From the NCBI GenBank assembly GCA_034520945.1, contig JAXHNB010000001.1, forward strand, positions 288,001-352,000: a DNA stretch of 64,000 nucleotides, read 5' to 3'. This stretch comes from Trueperaceae bacterium (GTDB lineage Bacteria; Deinococcota; Deinococci; Deinococcales; Trueperaceae). The notes beneath the pieces are model-generated. The model made no database searches. It had not been told where the DNA came from and worked only from the letters and a program-made list of their open reading frames with translations. Below are positions 42,210 to 51,955 of this stretch, in pieces. Both the position numbers and the translations under genes were made by a program. The first letter of the stretch is position 1. Each line of letters begins with the position of its first letter.

Positions 42210-43505
42210 ATGATGGCGTTTCGTGACCTGGTCGACGTCGAGGTGCAGGGCGGCCGCGGCGGCGACGGGGCGATGTCGTTCCTGCGCCTGAAGTACGTGC
42301 CCAAGGGCGGGCCCGACGGAGGCCACGGCGGCGGTGGCGGCGACGTGGTGTTGCGCGCCGTCGACGACGCGTCAGCCCTGACGCGCTTGATTCCGCACAA
42401 GCGGTACCGCGGCGGCACCGGACAGCAGGGCGAAGGGCGGGACCGACACGGCCGCGGCGGCGAGGACGTGGTGCTGGAGGTCCCGGTCGGCACGTTGGCG
42501 CGCGACCAGGACGCGGGCGAGGTGCTGGCCGATCTCACCGAGGAGGGTCAGAGCGCGGTGGTGGCCCGGGGCGGCTCGGGCGGGCGCGGCAACACCGCCT
42601 TCGCCAGCGCCGAGCGGCGCGCCCCCCGCTTCGCGGAGCTCGGCGCGCCGGGCGAGGCGCGGCGCCTCACGCTGGAGCTACGCCTCATCGCCGACGCGGG
42701 CCTGGTCGGCTTCCCCAACGCCGGCAAGTCGAGCCTGCTGGCCGCGTTGTCCAACGCGCGCCCCAAGGTGGCGGACTACCCCTTCACGACCCTGTCGCCG
42801 AACCTGGGGGTGGTCGAACGCGGGGGCTCCGGCTTCGGGCGCCTCACGCTGGCCGACGTCCCGGGCATCGTCGAGGACGCGCACGAGGGCAAGGGGTTGG
42901 GCCTGGCGTTTCTGCGGCACGTGAGTCGCACGCGCCTGCTGGTGTGGGTGTTGGACATCGCGGAGGAGCCTCGGGCGGCGTTCGACGCGTTGCGCCGCGA
43001 AGTCGGGGCGTACGATCCCGCGCTGCTGGAGGTGCCGGCCATGATCGTGCTGCACAAGACCGACCTCGCCTCCCCCGCCGAGGTCGCCGAGGCGCAGGAC
43101 GCCCTGGCCGCCAGCGGGCTTCCCGTTCTGCCGGCGTCGTCGTTGGAGGGGGGCGGGTTGGACGCCGTTCGCGAGACCCTGTTCGCGTTGCTGCCCGAGC
43201 GGCGGCCGCTCGCGCCCGCGCCGGAGGGCCCGCGCCGGGTGGAGGCCGAACCGGTGCGGGTGACGCGCGACCCCTCGGGCGACGGATGGGTGGTGACGGG
43301 CGAGGAGGTCGAGAGCCTGGTGGCGCGCTTCGACGCCACCAACGCCGAGGCGGTGTCGTACCTGCAGCGGCACTTCGAGCGGTTGGGGCTGTGGCGCCTG
43401 TTGCGGAAGGCAGGGGCGAAGGACGGCGACGACGTCCGGATCGGCGAGGCGGTCTTCGAGTACTTTGACGCCACGGCGGAGCCCGAGCGGGAGGAGGGGG
43501 CGTGA
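42210..43505 (+). CDS. obgE: GTPase ObgE/CgtA
   Basis: Gly-rich Obg domain, [22 protein letters not shown] and a C-terminal OCT domain. Confidence 0.96.
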   Translation: MMAFRDLVDVEVQGGRGGDGAMSFLRLKYVPKGGPDGGHGGGGGDVVLRAVDDASALTRLIPHKRYRGGTGQQGEGRDRHGRGGEDVVLEVPVGTLARDQDAGEVLADLTEEGQSAVVARGGSGGRGNTAFASAERRAPRFAELGAPGEARRLTLELRLIADAGLVGFPNAGKSSLLAALSNARPKVADYPFTTLSPNLGVVERGGSGFGRLTLADVPGIVEDAHEGKGLGLAFLRHVSRTRLLVWVLDIAEEPRAAFDALRREVGAYDPALLEVPAMIVLHKTDLASPAEVAEAQDALAASGLPVLPASSLEGGGLDAVRETLFALLPERRPLAPAPEGPRRVEAEPVRVTRDPSGDGWVVTGEEVESLVARFDATNAEAVSYLQRHFERLGLWRLLRKAGAKDGDDVRIGEAVFEYFDATAEPEREEGA

Positions 43506-43630
43506 GGCCTGCCTCGGGGCACGGGGACGGGTGGGACGTCGTGATACCCTTTGGCCGCGTCCCAGCGGCGCCCGGCGGATTCGGACGGCCCGCCGCTCCG
43601 TTCGCTGGCACGGACCATTCCTAGGAGGCC

Positions 43631-44230
43631 ATGGCGAGCGAACCGATCTTTCCCCAAGCCAGTCCCTGCGACCGGTCCAGCGTGGCGCCGTACTGCGAGC
43701 GCGTCCGGGCCATGCTGAGGCCGTCACGGTGGGAGCACGTGCTCCGCGTGTCGATCTTGGCCGAGAACATCGCGCGCGCCAACGATTTCGATGAGGACCA
43801 GATTCGCGCCACCTCGCTGGCGGCCGTGTTGCACGATGCGGCGCGGGACCTGCCGCCCGATCGCCTGATGGCGCTGGCACCGCCCCAGTCCGAGGCCGAG
43901 CGGGCTCACCCCATGGTGCTGCATGGGCGTGCCGGCCGGGCGTTGGCGGCGTCGTGGGGCGTGAACGACGGTCGGGTGCTGAACGCCATCGAGGGGCACG
44001 TGTTCGGCGTGGCGTCGAACGACCGGATCGGCATGGCGCTGTACGTCGCCGACGTGTCGGAGCCGGGGCGCGGGGTCAACGACGACGTGCGCGCGTTGGC
44101 GATGACCAACCTGACGGCCGCCTACCGGCGGGCGGTGAAAACTAAGGTGGACTACCTTCGCGCCTGCAACAAGCCGGTCCACCCCAAGACGCTCGAGGTG
44201 CACGATGCGATCGAGGCCGACGTTGCGTGA
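43631..44230 (+). CDS. yqeK: HD-domain hydrolase, YqeK (Ap4A hydrolase) family
   Basis: Contains RWEHVLRV, LHDAAR, LHG and YVADVSEPGR; conserved gene context. Confidence 0.85.
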   Translation: MASEPIFPQASPCDRSSVAPYCERVRAMLRPSRWEHVLRVSILAENIARANDFDEDQIRATSLAAVLHDAARDLPPDRLMALAPPQSEAERAHPMVLHGRAGRALAASWGVNDGRVLNAIEGHVFGVASNDRIGMALYVADVSEPGRGVNDDVRALAMTNLTAAYRRAVKTKVDYLRACNKPVHPKTLEVHDAIEADVA

Positions 44231-45581
44231 CGCCCGCCTGCTGCAGGCGGTGGGCCTCCTCGTCGCGGTGCTGGGCCTGGTGGGCTTCTGGTGGAACCGC
44301 GACGTGCCGCGCACCGAGCTGGGCACGCAGCAGCGCGAGCTGCTGGGCATCGAAGAGGACGCCTTCCACGCGAGCTTCGTCGTGGCCGGCCGGGACGTGT
44401 TCTACGGCGAGGGCGAGGCCGACCCGATCTACGGCGAGGGGGGCCGGATCGTCGGCTGGGACTTCCAGGGCCCCAGCCATACGCGGGGCATCAACACCGA
44501 CACCATTCTGTACGTGCAGATCGTGGACGCCGAGGTGATCATGGTGGCCATCCCGCGCGACCTGTTCGTCGGCAGCGGGACCCGCCGCATCAACGGGGTG
44601 CTGGCCCGCGAGGGGTCCGACGGACTGGTCGAGCGGGTCGAAGCGATCATGGGCGTCCCGATCGACTATCACGCCATCATCGACCTCGACATCTTCGAAC
44701 GCGTGGTGGACGCGCTGGGGGGTGTGGAGGTCAACGTCCCCGAGCGTATGTACTACCGCGACGTGGCCGGAGGGCTCGAGATCGACCTGCAGCCGGGCCC
44801 GCAGGTGCTGGACGGGGAGGAGGCGGGCGACTTCGTTCGCTACCGGCAGTTCCGCCGCGGCGACATCGACCGCATCGACAACGTCAAGCGCTTGGCGTAC
44901 GCCATGCTGGCGCGCGTCAAGGAGTTGCACGTCCGCGCGGCGGGCGCGTTGCCGGACCTAATGTCGACCTACTTCGACCAGGTGGAGACCAACGCCTCGC
45001 CTGCGTTGCTTAGGCGGTTGATTCCGCGCATCGACGCCTTCGAGATCCGCTCGGCGACGCTTCCGACCCGGGACGTCGTCCGCGACGGGGCGCAGGGGCT
45101 AACCACCGATCCGGCCGAGGTCGAGTCGTTTCTGGCGACCACGTTCGGCGGCTCCGCCCGCGCGTTCCGCGACGCGCCGGAGGGCACGCTGTTGATCACC
45201 GACCGCTCGGACACGCCGGGCCTCGGAGCCTGGTACCGCGACCGGCTGATCGCCTACGGCGTTCCCGAGGAGCGACTGCTGCTCCGCGAGGGCGACCTCG
45301 ACCCGTCCGGAACGCGGGTGGTGGCGGTGGCCGACGCGTGGAGCGACGCCGACTACTACGCCACCCTGCTGGGCACCGGCAAGCAGCAGGTGGCGGACCT
45401 CCCCCGCGTGGACGGAACCGAGATCCGCCTCGAGCTGGTGTTGGGCGGCGACGCCCTCGCCATGACGCCGCTGGGGGCGGCCGGCAGTTCCGTGGACGGG
45501 GTGCCGGCCGGGCCTCCGCGCGCGGTCCCCGTGCTTTCGCCCGGCGCCGAAGGCGCCGCCGTCCCGGAGGAGGAGCTTTGA
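44223..45581 (+). CDS. LCP (LytR-CpsA-Psr) family cell-envelope transferase
   Basis: N-terminal TM segment; NTDTI, IPRD, VDALGGVEV and VRYR..GDIDR motifs. Confidence 0.9.
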   Translation: MRDARLLQAVGLLVAVLGLVGFWWNRDVPRTELGTQQRELLGIEEDAFHASFVVAGRDVFYGEGEADPIYGEGGRIVGWDFQGPSHTRGINTDTILYVQIVDAEVIMVAIPRDLFVGSGTRRINGVLAREGSDGLVERVEAIMGVPIDYHAIIDLDIFERVVDALGGVEVNVPERMYYRDVAGGLEIDLQPGPQVLDGEEAGDFVRYRQFRRGDIDRIDNVKRLAYAMLARVKELHVRAAGALPDLMSTYFDQVETNASPALLRRLIPRIDAFEIRSATLPTRDVVRDGAQGLTTDPAEVESFLATTFGGSARAFRDAPEGTLLITDRSDTPGLGAWYRDRLIAYGVPEERLLLREGDLDPSGTRVVAVADAWSDADYYATLLGTGKQQVADLPRVDGTEIRLELVLGGDALAMTPLGAAGSSVDGVPAGPPRAVPVLSPGAEGAAVPEEEL

Positions 45582-45585
45582 CACG

Positions 45586-45990
45586 TTGACGCACGATCCC
45601 GACGCGATCCCGAACGACGCGGTCCACGGCGGACCGGACGGCGCCCGCGCGGCGCTGCCCGAGTTGCAGTGGATCGTGGACGCGCTCGACGACAAGCGCG
45701 CCAAGGACATCCGCGCGTTGCACTTGGCGCCGCTCACCCCCACCATGGAAGCGTTCGTGATCGCGAGCGCCGAGTCGCTGCCGCAGATACAGGCGCTCGA
45801 AGAGGCGGTGAAGGGCCGCATGAAGGAGGAGGGCCGCATGCCGCGTCACGTCGAGACGCCGTCCAGTCGCTGGGTGCTGATCGACTTCGGGGCCGTAGTG
45901 GTGCACATCATGAGTCCCGAGGCGCGCGAGTTCTACGATCTCGAGGGCTTGTGGGCAGATGCCGAGCCGATCGAGATCTCTCCGACCTGA
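45586..45990 (+). CDS. rsfS: Ribosome silencing factor
   Basis: Contains DDKRAKDI, WVLIDFGAVVVH and REFYDLEGLW. Confidence 0.93.
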   Translation: MTHDPDAIPNDAVHGGPDGARAALPELQWIVDALDDKRAKDIRALHLAPLTPTMEAFVIASAESLPQIQALEEAVKGRMKEEGRMPRHVETPSSRWVLIDFGAVVVHIMSPEAREFYDLEGLWADAEPIEISPT

Positions 45991-46345
45991 GGCGCTAGCC
46001 TGGGGCGTGCGGCATTGGGCGGAAGCGCTGGCACGTACGCATCTGGAGGCGCGAGGGTTCGCCTTTCTGGACGCCAACGTGGTGCTGCCAGGCGGCGAGC
46101 TGGACCTGGTGATGCGCCACGGGCGGACGATCGTGTTCATCGAGGTCCGGCAACGCAGGAGCGCGCGCTACGGCTCGGCGGCGGAGTCGCTCACGGCGGC
46201 CAAGCGCGCTCGCCTGCGTCGCACGGCGCGCAGCTGGGCGGTGCGGCGGTACGGCGCCGCGGACCGCCCCATGCGCATCGACGCGGTGCTGGTTCAGGGC
46301 GGGCCCGACCGCCCTCGGATCGAGCATCTGCAGGACGTCGCCTGA
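45959..46345 (+). CDS. YraN (UPF0102) family putative endonuclease
   Basis: Contains GELDLVM, VFIEVRQR and RIDAV. Confidence 0.85.
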   Translation: MPSRSRSLRPEALAWGVRHWAEALARTHLEARGFAFLDANVVLPGGELDLVMRHGRTIVFIEVRQRRSARYGSAAESLTAAKRARLRRTARSWAVRRYGAADRPMRIDAVLVQGGPDRPRIEHLQDVA

Positions 46346-46370
46346 CGTGCGGCGCGCCGGCGCCCGCCCC

Positions 46371-47156
46371 TCACTTCGGCAGGCCGGCCGACAGCGCCCC
46401 GCCCGCCACCTCCAGCGTGGTGGCGTCGATCGCCTCGTTCTCCACCACGTGCGCCAGCAGGGCCGTGATCTCGGAGGGGTCGATCAGGCGGCCCAGCGGC
46501 ACGCGCGACAGCACCCGTTCCAGGGCCGTCTCGGACATCGCTTCCAGGATGGGCGTACGCACGTAGCCGGGGGCGATGCCGACCACGCGGATGCCGTGCA
46601 CGTCCTGCGCGTGGAACTCGCCGACCAGCAGCTTGGGCCACATCGCCACGGCCGCCTTGCTGGCCGCGTAGTTGATCTGCCCGAGCTCGCCCGCCTTGTT
46701 GATCGACGACATGGTGAACAGCACCCCGCGATGCCCCCCATCGATCATGCGGGCGGCCGCTTCGCGCACGGTGAGGAAGGTGCCCGTCAGGTTGACGTCG
46801 ATCACGGCGCGAAACTGGTCCGCGCTCATGGTGCGCGTCACCTTGCCCTCCTTGACCCGCACCGTGAACGCGTCGCGGAAGATCCCGGCGGCGGGCAGCA
46901 CCACGTGAACGGCGCCGAAGCGGTGCAGCGCCAGGTCCATCAGCGCCGCCACCTCCTCCTCGGCGGTGACGTCGGTGCGGCGCATCGCGACCTGCGCGCC
47001 GCTGCCTTCCAGTTCCTCCGCGACGTCGCGCAGGCCCTCCTCGCTCACGTCGCCCAGGACGAGGCGCGCACCCTTGGCGGCGAAGGCGCGGGCGGTGGCG
47101 GCGCCGATGCCGCTGGCCGCGCCGGTGATGACGGTGACGGAATCTCGAATGTCCAC
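46371..47156 (-). CDS. Short-chain dehydrogenase/reductase (FabG-like)
   Basis: Contains TGAASGIG, NLTG, YAASK and IAPG. The start is supported by a CATCCT box 6 nt upstream. Confidence 0.9.
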   Translation of the reverse strand: MDIRDSVTVITGAASGIGAATARAFAAKGARLVLGDVSEEGLRDVAEELEGSGAQVAMRRTDVTAEEEVAALMDLALHRFGAVHVVLPAAGIFRDAFTVRVKEGKVTRTMSADQFRAVIDVNLTGTFLTVREAAARMIDGGHRGVLFTMSSINKAGELGQINYAASKAAVAMWPKLLVGEFHAQDVHGIRVVGIAPGYVRTPILEAMSETALERVLSRVPLGRLIDPSEITALLAHVVENEAIDATTLEVAGGALSAGLPK

Positions 47157-47314
47157 GACCCGAGGATGCCACATTCCCTGCGCGCGGCCCGCCACCGGTC
47201 CTATACTCCCCGTATGCTCTGTTGCTCGTTTCCCAGGTGCGGCGTCCGCTTCGGCCTGCCTGGCGCGCCGTCGCCGGAGGGGGCGCGGAGCCGGCCGGTC
47301 ATGGAGGCGTGGCC

Positions 47315-47917
47315 GTGCGGGTGAAGATCTGCGGGATCACGCGACCCGAGGACGCCCAGACCGCCGAGGCGGCCGGGGCGGACGCCATCGGCCTGATCTT
47401 CGCGGACGGCAGCCGCCGACGCATCACGGTGGCGCGCGCCCGGGAGATCTCAGCTGCGTTGGGGCCGTTCGTGACACGCGTCGGCGTGTTCACGGACGCC
47501 GGCGCCGACGAGGTGCTGGACGCCGCCTTAGGGGCACGCCTGGACGTGGTGCAACTGCACGGGGAGGTGCCCCCGGGGCGTCTGGCCCAGCTGCGCAGGT
47601 CGGTCCGCGTGGTGCGCGTGGTGCGCTTCCGGGTCGGGCTGACCCCCGACGAAGTGGCGTTGGACGACGCGGACGCCGTGATGCTGGACGGGGTGCGGCC
47701 GGGCAGCGGGGAGGCGTTCGACTGGAACGCGGCCACCGCCTGGCGCGGGTACCCACGCTTGGTGCTGGCGGGCGGGCTTCGGCCCGACACGGTGGCGGAC
47801 GCCGTTCGTCGCTTGCGCCCCCACGCCGTCGACGTAGCCTCCGGGGTCGAGTCCGCGCCGGGCGTCAAGGATCCGGACGCCGTGCACGCCTTCGTGCGGG
47901 CGGCCCGTGAGGCGTGA
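47315..47917 (+). CDS. trpF: Phosphoribosylanthranilate isomerase
   Basis: Contains VKICGIT, VQLHG, GSGEAFDW, LAGGL and DVASGVE..PGVKD. Confidence 0.93.
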   Translation: MRVKICGITRPEDAQTAEAAGADAIGLIFADGSRRRITVARAREISAALGPFVTRVGVFTDAGADEVLDAALGARLDVVQLHGEVPPGRLAQLRRSVRVVRVVRFRVGLTPDEVALDDADAVMLDGVRPGSGEAFDWNAATAWRGYPRLVLAGGLRPDTVADAVRRLRPHAVDVASGVESAPGVKDPDAVHAFVRAAREA

Positions 47918-48033
47918 CGGGGTGTCCCCTCGCGTGCGATATGGGCGTCGCGACCGACCGGGGTCCCTGCCGAGGGCGGGGCGTACCGCCGGTACGGGCG
48001 ACGCGGATGCCTTGCCCTTCGGGCCCCCTGGAA

Positions 48034-48218
48034 TTCTCCACACTTGTCCACAGGCGAGGCGGGGGTTGTGGATAACTCTGAGCGGGTGCGACGGCGACGC
48101 ACTTCTGAAGCCCTGATTACATGAATCACGTCACAGACGCAATTCGAGAGCACCGGCTCGCTGTTCGCCCGCCTACCAGATCGGGGCTGAACGTGTCAAT
48201 GCCGCGCGGCTATCCACA
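48034..48218. promoter_or_regulatory. Cluster of four DnaA-box-like 9-mers
   Basis: TTCTCCACA at 48034, TTGTCCACA at 48044, TGTGGATAA at 48067 (perfect) and CTATCCACA at 48210, all in intergenic DNA. Confidence 0.7.
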
Positions 48219-48314
48219 GCCCCGGCCCGCATGTGCGCGTTCGCCACGCGGGGGCGCGGCCGACGTACCATGGGGGGCCAGGGCCCCAGCCCAGGACCGG
48301 AGGAGGATTCGCAG

Positions 48315-48635
48315 GTGACCATCGTGACGATTTCCGACGCACGCCGCTTCTCGTTGGATGCGGTTCAGCGCAGCACGCTGCTACGCGAGGGGGGGCTCGA
48401 GGTCGAGCTCCTGTGCTTCGAAGCCGGCCAGCGCGACGACGAGGACCGACGCAGCGAGGCCTCGATCTACCAGGTGATGGAAGGCGAAGCCCTCCTGCAC
48501 GTGGGCGACGAGCGCCACCGGATCGGCAAGGGCAAACTGGCGGCCGTGTCCGCCGAGGAGCCGCACGTGATCGAGAACGCTGGGGGCGGCCTGCTGGTGG
48601 TGATGGCCCACCGGGCACGCTCCGACGAGGGGTGA
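48315..48635 (+). CDS. Cupin-domain protein
   Basis: Contains LCFEAGQ, YQVMEGEA and PHVIEN; GGAGGAGG RBS. Confidence 0.75.
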   Translation: MTIVTISDARRFSLDAVQRSTLLREGGLEVELLCFEAGQRDDEDRRSEASIYQVMEGEALLHVGDERHRIGKGKLAAVSAEEPHVIENAGGGLLVVMAHRARSDEG

Positions 48636-48714
48636 GGCGCGCCACGGCCCCGTGCGCCCCTCGGGTGCGCGGGTGCCCCCATGTCGGCCGGACGGCCCGT
48701 GGGCCCGGCCGGTC

Positions 48715-50724
48715 ATGTCGTTGCTGAAGCGCCTCGCCGTCACGTTCCTGGTGCCGCTGGCGCTGGCGGTGGTCACCGCCATCGCGCTGCAAGCGGTGAT
48801 CGATGCCCAGCTCCGTGCCCAACGGGAAGCCGAGCGGGCCGACACCGTCCTGCAGGCGGTGGATTCGGTGCTGGGCAGCGTCGTCGCGGCCGAGACCGCC
48901 GAACGTGGCTTCGCCTTGACCGGCGCACCGCGCTATCTCGCCGAGTACGAAGAGGCGGTGCAGCAGGTCGAGGACGGCTTCGACGAGCTCGAGGCGCTTC
49001 AGGCCGGCGGGCCGGAGGGGTTTGCGGTGGAGGCGATGCGGGACGCGTTCGCCTGGCGGACAGGCTCCGCCGCAGAGGTGTTCGAGGCCCGCCAGCAGGC
49101 CCCCGTCGGGTTGGCACAGCAGGCGTCCGACGCGCTCCGAGGTTTGTTGGCGCAGCAACGCAGCCAGGCGGCCGGAGAGGCGTACGACCCGGAGCTGCGA
49201 GGCGTTCGCGCTGCGGTGGCGGGCATCCTGGAACGTCCGCTTCGCCGCGACGCGGCGGCGGACTGGAGTGAGGTACGGGCCCGCCTGGAGCTGGAGGTGC
49301 GGGTCCCGGGCAGTCAGGCGGCCGCGTTGCGAACGCTGATGGGCCGCCTGGCGGACGAGGCGCAGCGGATGGACGCGCGCGTCGCGTCGGGGATCGAGGC
49401 GGGCGAAAGGCGTCGCCGGATCGACGAGGTCCGCCGGCAGGGCGAGGCGTTGATGATGGCCCAACGCGAACGCTCGGCGGAGGTTCGTGCGCAGGTGGCG
49501 CGAACGACCCGCGTCGCGCGGGCCGCGGTCTGGATCGGCCCGGTAGGGGTGGCGGTGCTGGGGTTTTTGGCGCTTGCACTGCTGCAGTGGCGGGTGGCAC
49601 GCGACGCCCTTGGATTGTCCGCGGTCGCGGACGAGGTTTCGAAGGGGCGCCTGGAGGCACGCGCCAATCCAACCCCGCGCGACCCGCTCCGGAACGTGGC
49701 GCGCGCGTTCGACCAGATGGTGGAGCGGATCGAGCGCCGCAGCCGCTTGGCGCAATCGGAACGCCGCACCAGTACGCTGCTGCTGGCCGCTACCACGGCC
49801 CAAGAGGCCTTCGAGGTCGTCGGCGAGCACCTGCGCGCCCACCTACCCGACACCACCGGCACCATCCTGACGCTCGATCCCGGCCGCGGCGACATGCGCG
49901 TGGCGCACCGTTGGGGGCAACCGCTGGAACCGGGCGACGCCACCGTGTTCGCGCCGCAGGACTGCTGGGCCGTGCGCGGCGCCCACGCGCACGCCAGCGC
50001 CGGTGGGGCGGCCCGGTGCCACCACGTCGCGGCCGAGCGCGACGGCCTGTGCGTGCCCATCCGGGGTGCCGATACCACGCTGGGCGTGCTGTGCGTCGAG
50101 GCCGGTCGCGGCCAGATGGACGCCGACCTGCCCGATATCGTGCAGGACGTGGCGGAGCACCTGTCGTTGGCGCTGTCCGCCCTGTCGTCCCGTGCCGCGC
50201 TGGAGGAGCGCTCGGTCCGCGACCCGCTGACGGGCCTGTTCAACCGGCGCTACCTGGACGAGGCGCTCGGGGTGGAGTTGGCCCGCCACGCGCGGGACGA
50301 GTCGCCGTTGTCGGTGCTGATGGTGGACCTGGACCGCTTCAAGGACCTCAACGACACGCACGGCCACGCCGCGGGCGACGACGTGCTCCGCGAGGTCGGA
50401 CGGACCATGGCCAGCTACGTGCGCGAGGGGGACGTCCCGGCCCGGCTTGGCGGGGAGGAGTTCGTGCTGGTGCTGTCCGGGGCCGATCACGACACCGCCC
50501 TGCGCCGCGCCGACGATCTGCGGCGGGCGGTCGGTGCTGTGCGGACCACGGAGGTGGACGGTCCCATCACGGTATCGGTCGGCGTGGCGACCGCCCCGGT
50601 GCACGGCACGACCCGCGAGGCCTTGCTCGCCGCGGCCGACGCCGCCCTGTACCGGGCCAAGCACCAGGGGCGCGACCGGGTCGCGTCGCCCGCCGCCGAG
50701 GGCCAGGCCCCGGACGACGCCTGA
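48715..50724 (+). CDS. Membrane diguanylate cyclase (CHASE3-like/HAMP/GAF/GGDEF)
   Basis: Two TM segments; AETAERGFALTG, DPLTGLFNRR, DLDRFKDLND, an REGD I-site and GGEEF. Confidence 0.92.
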   Translation: MSLLKRLAVTFLVPLALAVVTAIALQAVIDAQLRAQREAERADTVLQAVDSVLGSVVAAETAERGFALTGAPRYLAEYEEAVQQVEDGFDELEALQAGGPEGFAVEAMRDAFAWRTGSAAEVFEARQQAPVGLAQQASDALRGLLAQQRSQAAGEAYDPELRGVRAAVAGILERPLRRDAAADWSEVRARLELEVRVPGSQAAALRTLMGRLADEAQRMDARVASGIEAGERRRRIDEVRRQGEALMMAQRERSAEVRAQVARTTRVARAAVWIGPVGVAVLGFLALALLQWRVARDALGLSAVADEVSKGRLEARANPTPRDPLRNVARAFDQMVERIERRSRLAQSERRTSTLLLAATTAQEAFEVVGEHLRAHLPDTTGTILTLDPGRGDMRVAHRWGQPLEPGDATVFAPQDCWAVRGAHAHASAGGAARCHHVAAERDGLCVPIRGADTTLGVLCVEAGRGQMDADLPDIVQDVAEHLSLALSALSSRAALEERSVRDPLTGLFNRRYLDEALGVELARHARDESPLSVLMVDLDRFKDLNDTHGHAAGDDVLREVGRTMASYVREGDVPARLGGEEFVLVLSGADHDTALRRADDLRRAVGAVRTTEVDGPITVSVGVATAPVHGTTREALLAAADAALYRAKHQGRDRVASPAAEGQAPDDA

Positions 50725-50806
50725 GACACGCGCCAAAGGGTTCGGGGCACGGCGGCCCAGACGTGGTCAGCGCTGCGTCACCGTCGCTGGCGCGCCGCGC
50801 CAGGCG

Positions 50807-51307
50807 TCACCAGGCGCCGAGCGCCCGACGGATGACGACGATCTGACCGACGTGGTAGGCGAGGTGGTCGGCGGCGATCACGATCTGACGCATCGGCGTG
50901 CGGCGCCCCCCGTCCGGCAGCGCGTCCGAGTGCGGAATGTCCGCCAGCAGGTCGAACGACGGGTCGTCCAGCCATCCCTCCATCTCGGCCAAGGAGGTGC
51001 GCAGGCCCCGCAGGCTGGGCTCCCAGGTCTCGTCGGGCACGGGATCGCGAGGGGCCGGCCAGTACCCCTCCGGCCACGGCGGCGAGTCGTGGTCGGCCCC
51101 GAGCGTGTACGCCACCAGGTCCTCCTGGCCGATGCGCATGTGCTCGACCAACTCCCAGACGGCGTACGGCAGGCCGTCCGGGCGCGTGCCGCGCAGGTGC
51201 GCCGGCAGGCCGGCCAGGGCGGCATCGAGCGGAACGTGCGCGCCCTCCCCGCGGAGCAGCTCGCGCAGGGCGCGACGCATGGGGTCGCGGCTGGCGACCG
51301 TGCTCAC
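50807..51307 (-). CDS. DinB-family protein
   Basis: Contains WELVEHMR and DHLAYHVGQ; GTGA overlap with the upstream gene. Confidence 0.82.
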   Translation of the reverse strand: MSTVASRDPMRRALRELLRGEGAHVPLDAALAGLPAHLRGTRPDGLPYAVWELVEHMRIGQEDLVAYTLGADHDSPPWPEGYWPAPRDPVPDETWEPSLRGLRTSLAEMEGWLDDPSFDLLADIPHSDALPDGGRRTPMRQIVIAADHLAYHVGQIVVIRRALGAW

Positions 51308-51879
51308 CCGTGGGGGCTCCGTCCCGGCTTCCACTTCACGGTGCACCCGACCGCCCACGTTTCGGGTTCCGCGATGTCGCGGCCCGCCAGGACCGCCTCG
51401 ATGGCGTCGCGGAACTCGTGCGTGGTGGCGGCGTCCGGGTCCTTGGGCGCGTCGTCGATCCGGCCGTGGTAGCGCAAGCGCCGGTCGCGGTCGAACAGCA
51501 GCACCTCCGGGGTGCGCACGGTGCGATACGCGCGGGCGACCGACTGGTCCTCGTCGTGCAGGTAGGGGAACGGGAGGTCGTGCTCCCGCGCGAACGCCTG
51601 CATCGCCTCGAACGAGTCGTCCTCGTAGCGGTCGGCGTCGTTGCTGTTCACCATCACGAAACGCACGCCCCGGGGTTCGTAGCTGCGGGCCAGGTCCGTC
51701 AGGCGCTCCAGGTAGGCGTGGACGTAGGGACAGTGGTTGCAGCCCTGCACGTACACGAACGCATCACGTTCGTCCAGGTCGCGCAACGCCACCCGCCCGC
51801 CGCGGGCGGCGGGGAGATCGAAGTCCGGCGCCTGGGCGCCGATGTCGAGGCTGACGTACTGCGGCGTGGTCTCGGCCAT
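51304..51879 (-). CDS. Thioredoxin-fold AhpC/TSA-like protein
   Basis: Contains APDFDLP, CNHCPY, PFPYLHD, YHGRIDD and GCTVKW. Confidence 0.88.
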   Translation of the reverse strand: MAETTPQYVSLDIGAQAPDFDLPAARGGRVALRDLDERDAFVYVQGCNHCPYVHAYLERLTDLARSYEPRGVRFVMVNSNDADRYEDDSFEAMQAFAREHDLPFPYLHDEDQSVARAYRTVRTPEVLLFDRDRRLRYHGRIDDAPKDPDAATTHEFRDAIEAVLAGRDIAEPETWAVGCTVKWKPGRSPHG

Positions 51880-51955
51880 GGTGGTTCCTCCTCGCCCCGA
51901 GTATGGGATGGATCGCGGCAGCGGATCGTCGTGCGCCCTGCGCTAGCATGGGGGG

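Noticed and set aside
48034..48218. Calling this site the chromosomal oriC
   Set aside because: It has only four boxes, no adjacent dnaA/dnaN and no clear long AT-rich unwinding element. It is kept only as an orphan cluster.
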